Source: Clostridia bacterium (GTDB lineage: Bacteria > Bacillota > Clostridia > Oscillospirales > Acutalibacteraceae). Taken from it: a stretch of DNA of 64,000 nt. A program made the position numbers and the translations under genes. Positions 45,411 to 54,747 of this stretch are shown one piece after another. The number at the start of each line of letters is the position of its first letter. Position 1 is the first letter of the stretch. Location of the stretch: the NCBI GenBank assembly GCA_017407645.1, contig JAFQWE010000041.1, forward strand, positions 723 to 64,722. The letters are read 5' to 3'. A model generated the notes under the pieces. That model made no database searches. It was not told where the DNA came from and saw nothing but the letters and a program-made list of their open reading frames with translations.

Positions 45411-45443
45411 AGAAAGCGGCGGAACTTCCGTCGCTTTCTTTTC
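45411..45443. terminator. bidirectional terminator T2 (copy of the T1 stem)
   Basis: aaagcggcgga-act-tccgtcgcttt between the convergent DMP19-like gene and spoVAC. Confidence 0.7.
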
Positions 45444-45890
45444 TTAGAACAATGTGGTTATCCAATAAATAACCCCATAAACCACGCTCGCCACTGTGCC
45501 GTAGACGATGACGGGCCCTGCGATTTTGAACATATTGGCGCCGATGCCTAAAATCCAACCCTCTGACTTAAATTCTACCGCAGGCGAGGCTACTGCGTTA
45601 GCAAAGCCTGTAATGGGCACAAGACTGCCTGCTCCTGCAAATCGGGCATAATTATCATACAAATGGGCGGCAGTCAGCATTGCGGTTATAAGAATCAAGG
45701 TCACCGACACCAGACTTTTTGCAGGCTCCTTATCCATTCCCAACCACAGATAGAAATTGAGCAATCCTTGTCCGAATGCGCACACTGCTCCACCCACCAA
45801 AAAGGCTCTTATGCAATCGCTTACAACAGGCGAATTAGGTGAAACCTGCTTGGTTAAACTGTCGTACTCTTTTTCTGTAATTCTGCTCAT
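45444..45890 (-). CDS. spoVAC: stage V sporulation protein AC
   Basis: FLVGGAVCAFGQ...GAGSLVPITGFANAV...GPVIVYG, 148 aa. Confidence 0.9.
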   Translation of the reverse strand: MSRITEKEYDSLTKQVSPNSPVVSDCIRAFLVGGAVCAFGQGLLNFYLWLGMDKEPAKSLVSVTLILITAMLTAAHLYDNYARFAGAGSLVPITGFANAVASPAVEFKSEGWILGIGANMFKIAGPVIVYGTVASVVYGVIYWITTLF

Positions 45891-45899
45891 AAAAAAACT

Positions 45900-45925
45900 C
45901 CTTTTGCTTATTATTTCGCAAAAGG
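45900..45925 (-). terminator. terminator-like hairpin overlapping the spoVAC Shine-Dalgarno
   Basis: On the minus strand: CCUUUUGC-gaaauaauaa-GCAAAAGG-AG-U7-AUG. Confidence 0.5.
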
Positions 45926-45934
45926 AATTTTTTA

Positions 45935-46900
45935 TTACTTATTTTTCTTTTGATATGACTTTGCCACCATACGATACATAAGCTTGCCCATACAAAGCCG
46001 CTTCGCATATTTATTTTCTGCAAAGCACTCAAAAACATCCTTATTAGCGCGGCGCAGCTTATTGAAAAAGGAGTAAATTTCATCCCTTACCACCGCATCA
46101 CAAGGGGCACAAAGCCACAATTCAAGTCGGGACAGAGCAAGGTTTGCTATGCGATTGGCAATGCACATTTTTGTTGCGCCGTTTTTATCTGTCAGCGTTG
46201 TGTAGGCGTTAAGCAATTCTATAAGATTAAAGACCGTTTGCTCCAAAGCCTCGGCATCGGTAAAAACAAGGCTTACAGGGGCAGTAAATCGGCACAAGTC
46301 GGCATCCACACCGCCAACAGAGGCAGTCTGCATCAATCCGCTTACAAAAAACTCGGAATAATCGTTGCCCCAATTTTTTATGCCACCGCCACGGCGCACA
46401 AGTTCTGTCTTAAAAATTGCCGCCTGTGACGGCAAGCCGCTCATCATAGTGGCAGCATACTCAACTGCTACACCGCGGCCAATCATACCCAGAGGCACGC
46501 TGTATCCACTTTTTTCACCTGTTGATTTATCCGTAACGCTGCAACCGTGGACAACCATATCGTCATCGCAATCGGTCAAAAAGCGAAGAAGTAAATCCAT
46601 ATCCGACGGCTCCACAACGCAGTCAGAGCCTATAGGACGAAGATATTTGCCCAAAGCGCATTCAGACGACTGTTGGACAAAGGTTTTTTCATAATTTCTA
46701 ACCTCTGTACGAATCAGTTCGGGGTAACGAGCAATATAATTCTGTGCAATTTTTTCTGTATCTTCATCCCCTTCTGCCACAAGCAAAAGGGTATCAAGAG
46801 ATGCTACCGACGGTATTATTACCACCGAATCAAGACACTCGGCAAGTCGGTTGCAGCCCATTGATGCATCTATGCAAAGGGTTAGCAATTTTTCTTGCAT
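45935..46900 (-). CDS. glycosyltransferase family 2-like protein with degenerate catalytic motifs
   Basis: GT2-like N-terminal layout (LAECLDSVV...), but AEGDE and GSDC stand where DDGS and D.DD are usual. Confidence 0.5.
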   Translation of the reverse strand: MQEKLLTLCIDASMGCNRLAECLDSVVIIPSVASLDTLLLVAEGDEDTEKIAQNYIARYPELIRTEVRNYEKTFVQQSSECALGKYLRPIGSDCVVEPSDMDLLLRFLTDCDDDMVVHGCSVTDKSTGEKSGYSVPLGMIGRGVAVEYAATMMSGLPSQAAIFKTELVRRGGGIKNWGNDYSEFFVSGLMQTASVGGVDADLCRFTAPVSLVFTDAEALEQTVFNLIELLNAYTTLTDKNGATKMCIANRIANLALSRLELWLCAPCDAVVRDEIYSFFNKLRRANKDVFECFAENKYAKRLCMGKLMYRMVAKSYQKKNK

Positions 46901-46968
46901 TGTTACACTTCCTTAAAGATTTAAAATTTGCTCTTAAAAGATTAACTTTCAAGAGCAAATTAAACCGT

Positions 46969-48048
46969 TTATTTTGACGTTGCAGAGGAAACCTTGCTTG
47001 AAGTTTCTTCTGTTTCAAGAATGAAATCGTGGATTTTTTTTGCGGCAAACTCAATGTCATAAACATAGTACCAAGTGCCGTTGATTGTTTTGCCGTACGC
47101 CTTGCAGCTTTCATCGGGAAGACCGAGATTTTCAATAGTCGGCTTGGCAGATATTGCCCATTTGGCAATATCTATCATTTCCTTATTGGTCATTGAAGTG
47201 CTACAATTATCAAGAACTGTTCCGCAAAGGTCAATAAGCTCGCCAAGACTCAAATTCTTAACCTGCTCAAACATTGCAGCAAGCACCTCGCGCTGACGGC
47301 TGCCGCGCTCGACGTCATCACCTGTATCGCGGTCACGGGCGTAAACAAGAGCCTGTGGGCCTGACAATAGCTGATAACCCGTTTTTTTAACAAGGTCGCA
47401 CTTAATACCCGTTTCCTTACGCAGATTGGGAATGTTTTTATTATTCATAACTCTGCGCTCACTGGCGTTAACGTCAACCCATACACCGCCGATTTCATCA
47501 ATTATCTCGGCAAAGCCAAAGAAGTTTATGGATGCATAGTCGGTAATGTTTAGCTCGAAATTGCGATTCAGCGTGTCAACGGCAAGAGGCGCCTTTCCAT
47601 ACATATAGGCGTGTGTGATTTTATCCTTTCTTGCCTTACCGTTGCGCACAATCTCAACGTAAGTGTCGCGAGCGATAGAGGTAAGCTTGATTTTATCGTG
47701 CACCTTATCAATAGTAAGAACGATTATTGCATCGGATCTGCCCTCGTCATCATTTCTGCGAGAGTCAATACCAAGCAGTGCAATATTGATATAATCCTCA
47801 TACTTCTTTTGAGCCTCGGCATTAACCGACACGTTCAAATCTGTGTCTTCACGGTCAACACGGTTAAGCATTGCGTGCAAATAGATATAGCCACCAACGC
47901 CGATGGCAATCATAAGCGCAATCAGCGAGCAAGCAACGGTAAGAATTATTTTAGAAATGCTTACCTTTCTCTTCCTTTTTTTGGGTTTTTTGCTTTTTTT
48001 CTTATAAGAATTAAGGTCATAATCCTCGTCATAATTACGGTATTTCAT
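46969..48048 (-). CDS. LytR-CpsA-Psr (LCP) family protein
   Basis: Lys-rich N-terminus, a TM helix, and LLGIDSRRNDDEGRSDAIIVLTID. ATG at 48048 follows AGAGGAG (track start 48279 is an extension). Confidence 0.85.
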   Translation of the reverse strand: MKYRNYDEDYDLNSYKKKSKKPKKRKRKVSISKIILTVACSLIALMIAIGVGGYIYLHAMLNRVDREDTDLNVSVNAEAQKKYEDYINIALLGIDSRRNDDEGRSDAIIVLTIDKVHDKIKLTSIARDTYVEIVRNGKARKDKITHAYMYGKAPLAVDTLNRNFELNITDYASINFFGFAEIIDEIGGVWVDVNASERRVMNNKNIPNLRKETGIKCDLVKKTGYQLLSGPQALVYARDRDTGDDVERGSRQREVLAAMFEQVKNLSLGELIDLCGTVLDNCSTSMTNKEMIDIAKWAISAKPTIENLGLPDESCKAYGKTINGTWYYVYDIEFAAKKIHDFILETEETSSKVSSATSK

Positions 48049-48231
48049 TATAAAAATCTCCTCTAAACGAAGCAAATGAGTTCTTTCTGAATCCTTGTTA
48101 TTATATACCAACCAACATACAAAGTCAACACATACCCGTTTTTCACCGCTATATTTAATAAAAAGACGGTAAAATAGCATAATAATGTAAGATTTATCGA
48201 AAAAATTTTTTAACAATTTGAGTGATATTTT

Positions 48232-48906
48232 ATGAAAATTATAGAGGTTCAAGGCCTTACAAAAATATATAAAGCCCACAAAAGCACCCTAAAAGCCCTT
48301 GAAAATGTGTCTTTTTCGGTGAATAAGGGTGAGTTTGTGGCTATAACCGGACCATCGGGGTCAGGGAAATCTACTTTAATGAATATTCTCGGTTGCCTTG
48401 ACAGACAGAGCTTTGGGATGTATTATTTAAAAGGAGAGGATGTTTCTCGTTATAAAGGTAACGCGCTTGCTAAACTTCGCAACCGCTCAATCGGTTTTAT
48501 CTTTCAGAGCTGCGACTTGGTTAGCGAGCTTACTGCAGAGGAAAACGTATGGCTTCCTCTTTATTACAGAGGGGTGCCTGCCAAAGAGCGTAAGGCGTTG
48601 GCGCTTGAAGCCTTGGAGCAGGTTGGATTAAGCGACCGCGCAAATCATCTGCCAAAGACTTTAAGCGGCGGTCAGCGTCAGCGGGTTGCTATTGCCCGAG
48701 CCATTGCATCAAAGCCCGACGTTATTCTGGCCGATGAGCCCACCGGCAGTCTTGACTGCCAAAGCCGTGACGAGATTATAGGTCTTCTTAAGCAGACGGT
48801 TGCCAACGGTAATACTGTTATTGCGATTACTCACGATTTAACTCTTGCAAATTCTGCTCAGCGTATGCTTACAATACGCGACGGACGTTTGCATCAGGAA
48901 GGATGA
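48232..48906 (+). CDS. ABC transporter ATP-binding protein (MacB/FtsE-like), no adjacent permease
   Basis: Walker A GPSGSGKST, signature LSGGQRQRVAIARA, Walker B ILADEPT. Confidence 0.85.
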   Translation: MKIIEVQGLTKIYKAHKSTLKALENVSFSVNKGEFVAITGPSGSGKSTLMNILGCLDRQSFGMYYLKGEDVSRYKGNALAKLRNRSIGFIFQSCDLVSELTAEENVWLPLYYRGVPAKERKALALEALEQVGLSDRANHLPKTLSGGQRQRVAIARAIASKPDVILADEPTGSLDCQSRDEIIGLLKQTVANGNTVIAITHDLTLANSAQRMLTIRDGRLHQEG

Positions 48907-48910
48907 TTTT

Positions 48911-50416
48911 ATGGAACTTAAAAAGCTGAAAAGCGGTACCGATATTAGAGGTGTTGCTTGCGAAGGTGTGGTTGGTCAGCCTATTGAACTTACCAACAAC
49001 GTTATTGACCTTATCGTTCGCGCCTTTGCAACCTGGCTTATGAAAAAAGGCTTCCCCGACCAGACTATTGTTGCCGTCGGTCACGATTGCCGTATTTCAG
49101 GCCCTCGCATTCACAATGCCGTTATTGCCGCACTTAATAAATCAGGTATGACGGTGTATGACTGCGGTCTTTGCACCACTCCTGCAATGTTTATGACCAC
49201 TGTGCTTACAGGTTGCGATGCCGCAATATCTATCACTGCCAGTCACCATCCCTTTAACCGTAACGGACTGAAATTCTTTACCCGTAACGGCGGTCTTGAC
49301 GGCAAGGATATTAGTGAGATTATCAGTTATGCCGAAAATGAGACTCTTTACAAGGTTTCTACCTACGGCAAGATTAAGCCTTTGGCGTTTTTAGATACAT
49401 ACGCCGCTTATTTGAGAAAAATGATTGCCGACTCTCTTGGCGTCAGTGAGGAGGATAAGCCTCTTAAGGATTTGCATTTGGTTGTTGATGCAGGCAACGG
49501 CGCAGGCGGATTTTATGCTACCGACGTGCTTGAGCCTTTGGGCGCCGATATTTCGGGCTCTATAAATCTTGAGCCTAACGGTATGTTCCCCAACCATATC
49601 CCCAACCCTGAAAATCAGTATGCTATGGAATGTGCTTGCAAGGCTACCCTTGATGCCAAGGCAGATTTGGGCATTATATTTGACACCGACGTTGACAGAG
49701 CCGGTGCCGTTGGTCCTGACGGCACCGAAATCAACCGCAACCGATTGGTTGCTCTTGCATCGGTGCTTGCTCTTGAGGACTGTGAGGGTGGCACTATCGT
49801 TACCGACTCGGTTACCTCAAGCGGACTGAAAACCTTTATTGAGCAGGACTTGGGTGGTCATCACTACCGCTACCGCAGAGGCTACAAAAACGTTATTGAT
49901 GAGGCTATCCGTCTGACAGATGAAGGTACTGTATGTCCCCTTGCCATAGAAACGTCCGGTCACGCCGCTTTCAGAAACAACTACTTTTTGGATGACGGCG
50001 CCTATCTTATCACCCGTATCGTTATCAAGATGGCACAGCTTAAAAAAGAGGGCAAGTCTATTAACGATTTGACCGCTACTCTTAAAGAGCCTGTTGACCG
50101 CGCCGAAATCCGTCTTGACATTACTGAAGAAGATTTTAAGAGCCTTGGTCAATCGGTTATTGCAGACCTCGAAAAGCACAGCGGTGAAAAGGACGGTTGG
50201 CATATTGCCGACGATAACCGTGAGGGTATCAGAGTTTACTGTGACGAGGGTGACGGTTGGTTCCTTCTCAGACTTTCAGTTCACGACCCCGTTATGCCCC
50301 TTAACATTGAAAGTGACAGTGAGGGTGGCTGCAAAAAGATTGCACAAGGTCTTGCCGAATTCTTTGAAAAGATTGAAGGCGTTGACCTTACTCCCCTTAC
50401 CGATTATCTTAAATAA
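48911..50416 (+). CDS. phosphomannomutase/phosphoglucomutase family protein
   Basis: ITASHHPFNRNGLKF and FDTDVDRAG. ATG at 48911 follows AGGAAGG. Confidence 0.85.
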   Translation: MELKKLKSGTDIRGVACEGVVGQPIELTNNVIDLIVRAFATWLMKKGFPDQTIVAVGHDCRISGPRIHNAVIAALNKSGMTVYDCGLCTTPAMFMTTVLTGCDAAISITASHHPFNRNGLKFFTRNGGLDGKDISEIISYAENETLYKVSTYGKIKPLAFLDTYAAYLRKMIADSLGVSEEDKPLKDLHLVVDAGNGAGGFYATDVLEPLGADISGSINLEPNGMFPNHIPNPENQYAMECACKATLDAKADLGIIFDTDVDRAGAVGPDGTEINRNRLVALASVLALEDCEGGTIVTDSVTSSGLKTFIEQDLGGHHYRYRRGYKNVIDEAIRLTDEGTVCPLAIETSGHAAFRNNYFLDDGAYLITRIVIKMAQLKKEGKSINDLTATLKEPVDRAEIRLDITEEDFKSLGQSVIADLEKHSGEKDGWHIADDNREGIRVYCDEGDGWFLLRLSVHDPVMPLNIESDSEGGCKKIAQGLAEFFEKIEGVDLTPLTDYLK

Positions 50417-50421
50417 ACTGC

Positions 50422-50456
50422 AAACAACCCGAAGGGATGCTTCGGGTTGTTTATTT
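50422..50456. terminator. bidirectional terminator
   Basis: aaacaacccgaag-ggatg-cttcgggttgttt. Confidence 0.8.
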
Positions 50457-51214
50457 TATATTTTATAAATTATGTTTTGCTCAGCATATTCTGTTGGCGT
50501 TAGCCCTGAATCCTTCTTAAATGCGCGACAAAAATGATAAACACTGCCAAATCCGCATTGCTCGGCTATATCCGTAACACTGCACCTGCTTTCAGTAAGC
50601 ATTTGCTTTGCCTTACGCACACGGGCATCAAGAATAAACTGCTTAGGCGTTGTGCCGCAGTTTGCGCGAAACAGTCTGCGCAGATACACCTCACTGATAC
50701 CGAGATAGTTTGCCAATGAGGTGTTGGTCAGGTTGGGATTCGAAATATTTTCCTCAATATAGCGGACTATGTGTGTTATTCGTTTGTTTTTCTTTAACTG
50801 AGTAGCAAAGGTCTTGTTTAACAGATTATAAAAAACCGAATAGATTTCAAGTCGACTGTTATTGTTCAAGAACAGTGATTTTATGGTTTCGCAATCTTTA
50901 ATACTCCCCACAAAGTTTTCTGCTGTAAGCACTGTAATATGGTCCAACTCAAAGCCGATAGCATCAAAATTGATAACGGGGAAAACACCTGTTTCATTGC
51001 CATAAATTGAATAGGTTGCCCCTTTGGGTAACAACACTGCACAATTAGGTGTGGACAGGTAATTTTCACCATTCATAGTGTAGGTTATGCGACCACTTTG
51101 ACAAAAGGATATGCCAAAATAGCGGCGGTCCTTCATTTGTGTTGTTTTGCCTTTTTCAAAATAAACGGTTATAGGCTCTTTTATATCCGTAACTGTTATT
51201 TCATTAAAAACCAT
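50456..51214 (-). CDS. AraC family transcriptional regulator
   Basis: C-terminal HTH (VTDIAEQCGFGSVYHFCRAFKKDSGLTPTEY). Confidence 0.85.
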   Translation of the reverse strand: MVFNEITVTDIKEPITVYFEKGKTTQMKDRRYFGISFCQSGRITYTMNGENYLSTPNCAVLLPKGATYSIYGNETGVFPVINFDAIGFELDHITVLTAENFVGSIKDCETIKSLFLNNNSRLEIYSVFYNLLNKTFATQLKKNKRITHIVRYIEENISNPNLTNTSLANYLGISEVYLRRLFRANCGTTPKQFILDARVRKAKQMLTESRCSVTDIAEQCGFGSVYHFCRAFKKDSGLTPTEYAEQNIIYKI

Positions 51215-51359
51215 ATTATCACCCCCTAAATTATATCATTTTTATCAACAAAGTCAATTCATTTAGGATATTTTTGTATCAGTAATGTTAATAAAGTATC
51301 GTTTTTTCTATTGATACGGTCATCTATAAAAGTTAAAATAATCACAAGGGGGCGTTATT

Positions 51360-52121
51360 ATGAACTTCAACAACAAGGTTGCTATTATAACCGGTGCCGC
51401 ATCAGGCATGGGGCTTTTGTTTGCAGAAAATTTTGCTAAGCTTGGCGGCAACGTAGTTATGTGTGACGTTAATGAGCAAGCTTTAAAAGAATGCACAGAT
51501 AAAATTAACAAGGAAGGCAACGGCACTGCAATAGGTGTTATTTGCGACGTTCGTGATTACGGTCAGGTTTGCAATGCGAGAGATTTAGCAGTTGCGACCT
51601 TTGGAAGTATTGATGTTTTAGCGAATTTTGCAGGTGGTACTGCCGTGCGTATGCAAAAGGTTGACAGAGAAAAGTATCCCGAATTCCCCGACGTGCCTAT
51701 TGACGTTTACGATTGGGGCATTGATGTGAATTTGAAAGGTCCATTTTATTTCGCACACGCCGTATTAAAGCAAATGCGTGAACAAAACAGCGGCCTGATT
51801 ATTAACATTGGCTCAATCACAGGTCAAGAGGGTGACGGATACGGTATGGATTACCCCACCTCAAAAGCAGGACTGATGTTCGGTCTTACTAAATCCATTG
51901 CTCAGTATGGCTCTAAACACGGTATAAGATGTGTTTGTGTATCACCAGGACCTGTACTTACACGCGCCAATATGGCTAATATGAAAACATTGCTTGGCAG
52001 AGCCGCGCAGCCGCAAGAAATTGTTGACCTGTGCTTGTTTTTAGCATCTGATAAAGGACAATTTATCAATGGTGAAAACATTATGATTGACGGCGGAAGA
52101 AATGCTATGGGTAGGTATTAA
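51360..52121 (+). CDS. SDR family oxidoreductase
   Basis: ITGAASGMG and YPTSKAG (YxxxK). Confidence 0.85.
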   Translation: MNFNNKVAIITGAASGMGLLFAENFAKLGGNVVMCDVNEQALKECTDKINKEGNGTAIGVICDVRDYGQVCNARDLAVATFGSIDVLANFAGGTAVRMQKVDREKYPEFPDVPIDVYDWGIDVNLKGPFYFAHAVLKQMREQNSGLIINIGSITGQEGDGYGMDYPTSKAGLMFGLTKSIAQYGSKHGIRCVCVSPGPVLTRANMANMKTLLGRAAQPQEIVDLCLFLASDKGQFINGENIMIDGGRNAMGRY

Positions 52122-52124
52122 ATA

Positions 52125-52883
52125 ATGAAACCGACTTTTATAAAATATGACAAGCCTTTGCTTACCGTTATGCTTCAATGCGAAACGCCGCAAGTTGCCA
52201 TCGGCAGAATCAGAAATGCAAATATGCTTGGTGCAGATGCTTACGGACTTCAAATTGAGTGTTTAAAACCCGAATATCACAATCCTGATACATATAAGAG
52301 GATTTTTGCCGAAATGAAGAACAAACCTTGTTATGTGACCAACTATCGCATGTCATATAACAAGGGCAAAACTGATGAGGAATTGGCAGGCGGACTTTTA
52401 GAATTAGCAAAAAACGGCGCAACGCTAATTGACGTTATGGGGGATATGTTTTGCAAGCATTCAGAGGAACTGACAGATGATGAGGCTGCAATAAACAGGC
52501 AAATTAAACTAATAGAAAAAATCCATTCTATAGGTGCGGAGGTTCTAATGTCATCACACCTTTACAAATTTGCCCCTGCAGAAAGAGTGCTTGAAATCGC
52601 CCTTGAGCAAAAGCGCAGAGGCGCCGATATAATCAAAATTGTAACCGCTGCAGAAAATATGGAGCAGCAGATAGAAAACCTGAGAATTACAAATCTTTTA
52701 AAAAAAGAACTCAATGCACCCTTTTTGTTTTTATCGGGCGGAGAATGTACACTGCACCGTCGGTTAGGTATGAAGCTTGGGTGTTGTATGTCTCTTTGTG
52801 TGTACGAACACGATGCATTGTCTACACCTGCCCAACCCTTGCTTACAAACATAAAAAGTATACGCGACACATTGGGCTTTTAA
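52125..52883 (+). CDS. type I 3-dehydroquinate dehydratase-like protein
   Basis: MSSHLY, GADIIKIVT (Schiff-base Lys position) and STPAQP resemble AroD blocks. Confidence 0.6.
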   Translation: MKPTFIKYDKPLLTVMLQCETPQVAIGRIRNANMLGADAYGLQIECLKPEYHNPDTYKRIFAEMKNKPCYVTNYRMSYNKGKTDEELAGGLLELAKNGATLIDVMGDMFCKHSEELTDDEAAINRQIKLIEKIHSIGAEVLMSSHLYKFAPAERVLEIALEQKRRGADIIKIVTAAENMEQQIENLRITNLLKKELNAPFLFLSGGECTLHRRLGMKLGCCMSLCVYEHDALSTPAQPLLTNIKSIRDTLGF

Positions 52884-53644
52884 AAAAACGACTCTTTGCG
52901 GATTTCAAGGGGTGTTTTTCCTGTGTGGGCTTTTAGAATTTTTCTGAAATATGACGTTGAACTAAAATTCAAGGCATCACTGATTTCCTGAACAGATTTA
53001 TCGGTGGTAGTAAGCATAGAAATCGCTTTTTCGCATTTTGCCGCGTTTCTTATCTCATTTGGTGTTTTAGCCAAGTGCCTTTTGAACAAAGCGTAAATGC
53101 CCGACTCACTGATACTACAGTGCTTTGCAACATCGGCAAGTCTCATATCGGGATTGTCAGTAATGTATTCCGTTATTTTTGCTACGGTAGGATTTACATT
53201 TGATCTTTCGGCAGTTTTCATACCGTCGGCAACCAATTCAAAAAAGTAATAGAGTTTGCCTATCCCCTTTTGCGTATAAGGGATATCTTTGCATAAATCG
53301 TTAAACACTTCTTTTGCTTTTTCACTGCAAGTGATTTTTTGCAAAAGGAAAGATTTGTTTATTGGTGATATTTCAAAGCCAAAGGAATAAAACTCTACCT
53401 CTTCACCAAACCATTGAGATTGATATTTAAGCCCTTTGGGAATATAAAACACTTCACCCGGATGTAAATTCAATTCTGTTTTGGACGTTTTAATTTTTGC
53501 AGTTCCTTTAATCAAGCATCCAAAATAGTGCAATGGCACCGGCGTTTTGGAATTATCGGTTAAATGGTATTTATAAAACTTTAAAATATTAAATCTGAAC
53601 TTTTTATAGAAATCTGCCTCATTCATATCGATTATCTCCGTCAT
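52880..53644 (-). CDS. AraC family transcriptional regulator
   Basis: C-terminal HTH (VQEISDALNFSSTSYFRKILKAHTGKTPLEIR). An alternative start at 53626 has a better RBS. Confidence 0.8.
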   Translation of the reverse strand: MTEIIDMNEADFYKKFRFNILKFYKYHLTDNSKTPVPLHYFGCLIKGTAKIKTSKTELNLHPGEVFYIPKGLKYQSQWFGEEVEFYSFGFEISPINKSFLLQKITCSEKAKEVFNDLCKDIPYTQKGIGKLYYFFELVADGMKTAERSNVNPTVAKITEYITDNPDMRLADVAKHCSISESGIYALFKRHLAKTPNEIRNAAKCEKAISMLTTTDKSVQEISDALNFSSTSYFRKILKAHTGKTPLEIRKESFF

Positions 53645-53730
53645 TGTGTATTATTTTACCTCATTTTGTATAGTATATTGCATTGTGTATATAGATGTCA
53701 ATCATTATAATGAGTTTGAGGTGACAATAT

Positions 53731-54747
53731 ATGAAAAGTAAAAATATTGTTTTTGTAGAGCCTAACGTTGCAAAGCTTATTGAGGAAGATATTAGAACGC
53801 CCAAAGAAGATGAAATTCTTGTAAAGATTGCCGTTTCCACCATAAGCAGCGGTACCGAAAGAGCCAATCTTATTGGAAGCAAAACGGTCGCTTGGGATTT
53901 ACCCGAAGCAGAAGAGGCAATTTTCCCTCGCCGTTTGGGATACAGTACCGCAGGTGTTGTTGAACAGGTTGGCGAAGGCGTTACAAGGTTCAAGGTTGGC
54001 GACAGGGTTGCTCTTTGGTGGACTACCCACAATCAGTACGTTACCATAAGTGAAAACAACGCCTGTCTTATTGATGATATTTCCTTTGAGGACGCCGCAA
54101 TATTTCATATTGCTACATTCCCCTTAGCCGCAATAAGAAAGTGCCGTTTGGAAATGGGCGAAAGCGCAATAGTTATGGGTATGGGTATTCTTGGCATCGT
54201 AGCCTTGCAGTTGCTTAAGGCTGCAGGTGCGGCTCCGATTATTGCAGTTGACCCTGACCCCATAAAGCGCGAAAAAGCCCTTAAATGCGGTGCAGACTTT
54301 GCTCTTAACCCCTATGACGCGGATTTTGCAAGGAAAGCAAAAGAAATAACGAATGGCGGCGCAAAGGTTGGCATTGAAGTTACAGGCATAGGTGCAGGGC
54401 TTGACGGAATTCTTGACTGTATGGCTCATTTTGGCAGAGTTGCCCTTTTAGGCTGTACTCGCGACAGCAATTTTAACATTGATTATTACAAAAAGGTGCA
54501 TGGACCCGGAATAACTCTTATCGGCGCACATACTATGGCAAGACCGCATCATGAGTCCCATTCGGGTTGGTGGACAACACAAGACGATATGCTGGCCTTG
54601 AAAAAGTTAACTCTGTTTGGCAGATTAAATCTGTCAGAACTTATTGACGAGACTCATTCACCCGAAAAAGCAACCGAAATCTACACTCGGCTTGCAACCG
54701 AAAAAACCTTCCCCTTAGTTCAGTTTGACTGGAGACGACTAAAATGA
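53731..54747 (+). CDS. medium-chain (zinc-type) alcohol dehydrogenase family protein
   Basis: GroES-like N-terminus and a Rossmann motif VMGMGILG. Confidence 0.75.
   Translation: MKSKNIVFVEPNVAKLIEEDIRTPKEDEILVKIAVSTISSGTERANLIGSKTVAWDLPEAEEAIFPRRLGYSTAGVVEQVGEGVTRFKVGDRVALWWTTHNQYVTISENNACLIDDISFEDAAIFHIATFPLAAIRKCRLEMGESAIVMGMGILGIVALQLLKAAGAAPIIAVDPDPIKREKALKCGADFALNPYDADFARKAKEITNGGAKVGIEVTGIGAGLDGILDCMAHFGRVALLGCTRDSNFNIDYYKKVHGPGITLIGAHTMARPHHESHSGWWTTQDDMLALKKLTLFGRLNLSELIDETHSPEKATEIYTRLATEKTFPLVQFDWRRLK

Noticed and set aside
2554-45443. The idea that the roughly 43 kb between spoVAC and the truncated spoVAD (same strand, correct C-then-D order) is one giant insertion splitting the operon.
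   Set aside because: The interval holds housekeeping operons (ctsR-clpC, spoIIE, ackA, pflBA) with ordinary composition. The sequence upstream of spoVAD also bears no resemblance to the 3' flank of spoVAC. A rearrangement or separate loci is more plausible, and it cannot be resolved from this window.
52880-52883. Overlapping stop codons (TTAA) of the convergent AroD-like and AraC genes, with no terminator between them.
   Set aside because: This is a trivial consequence of compact convergent genes and is not evidence of a special mechanism.
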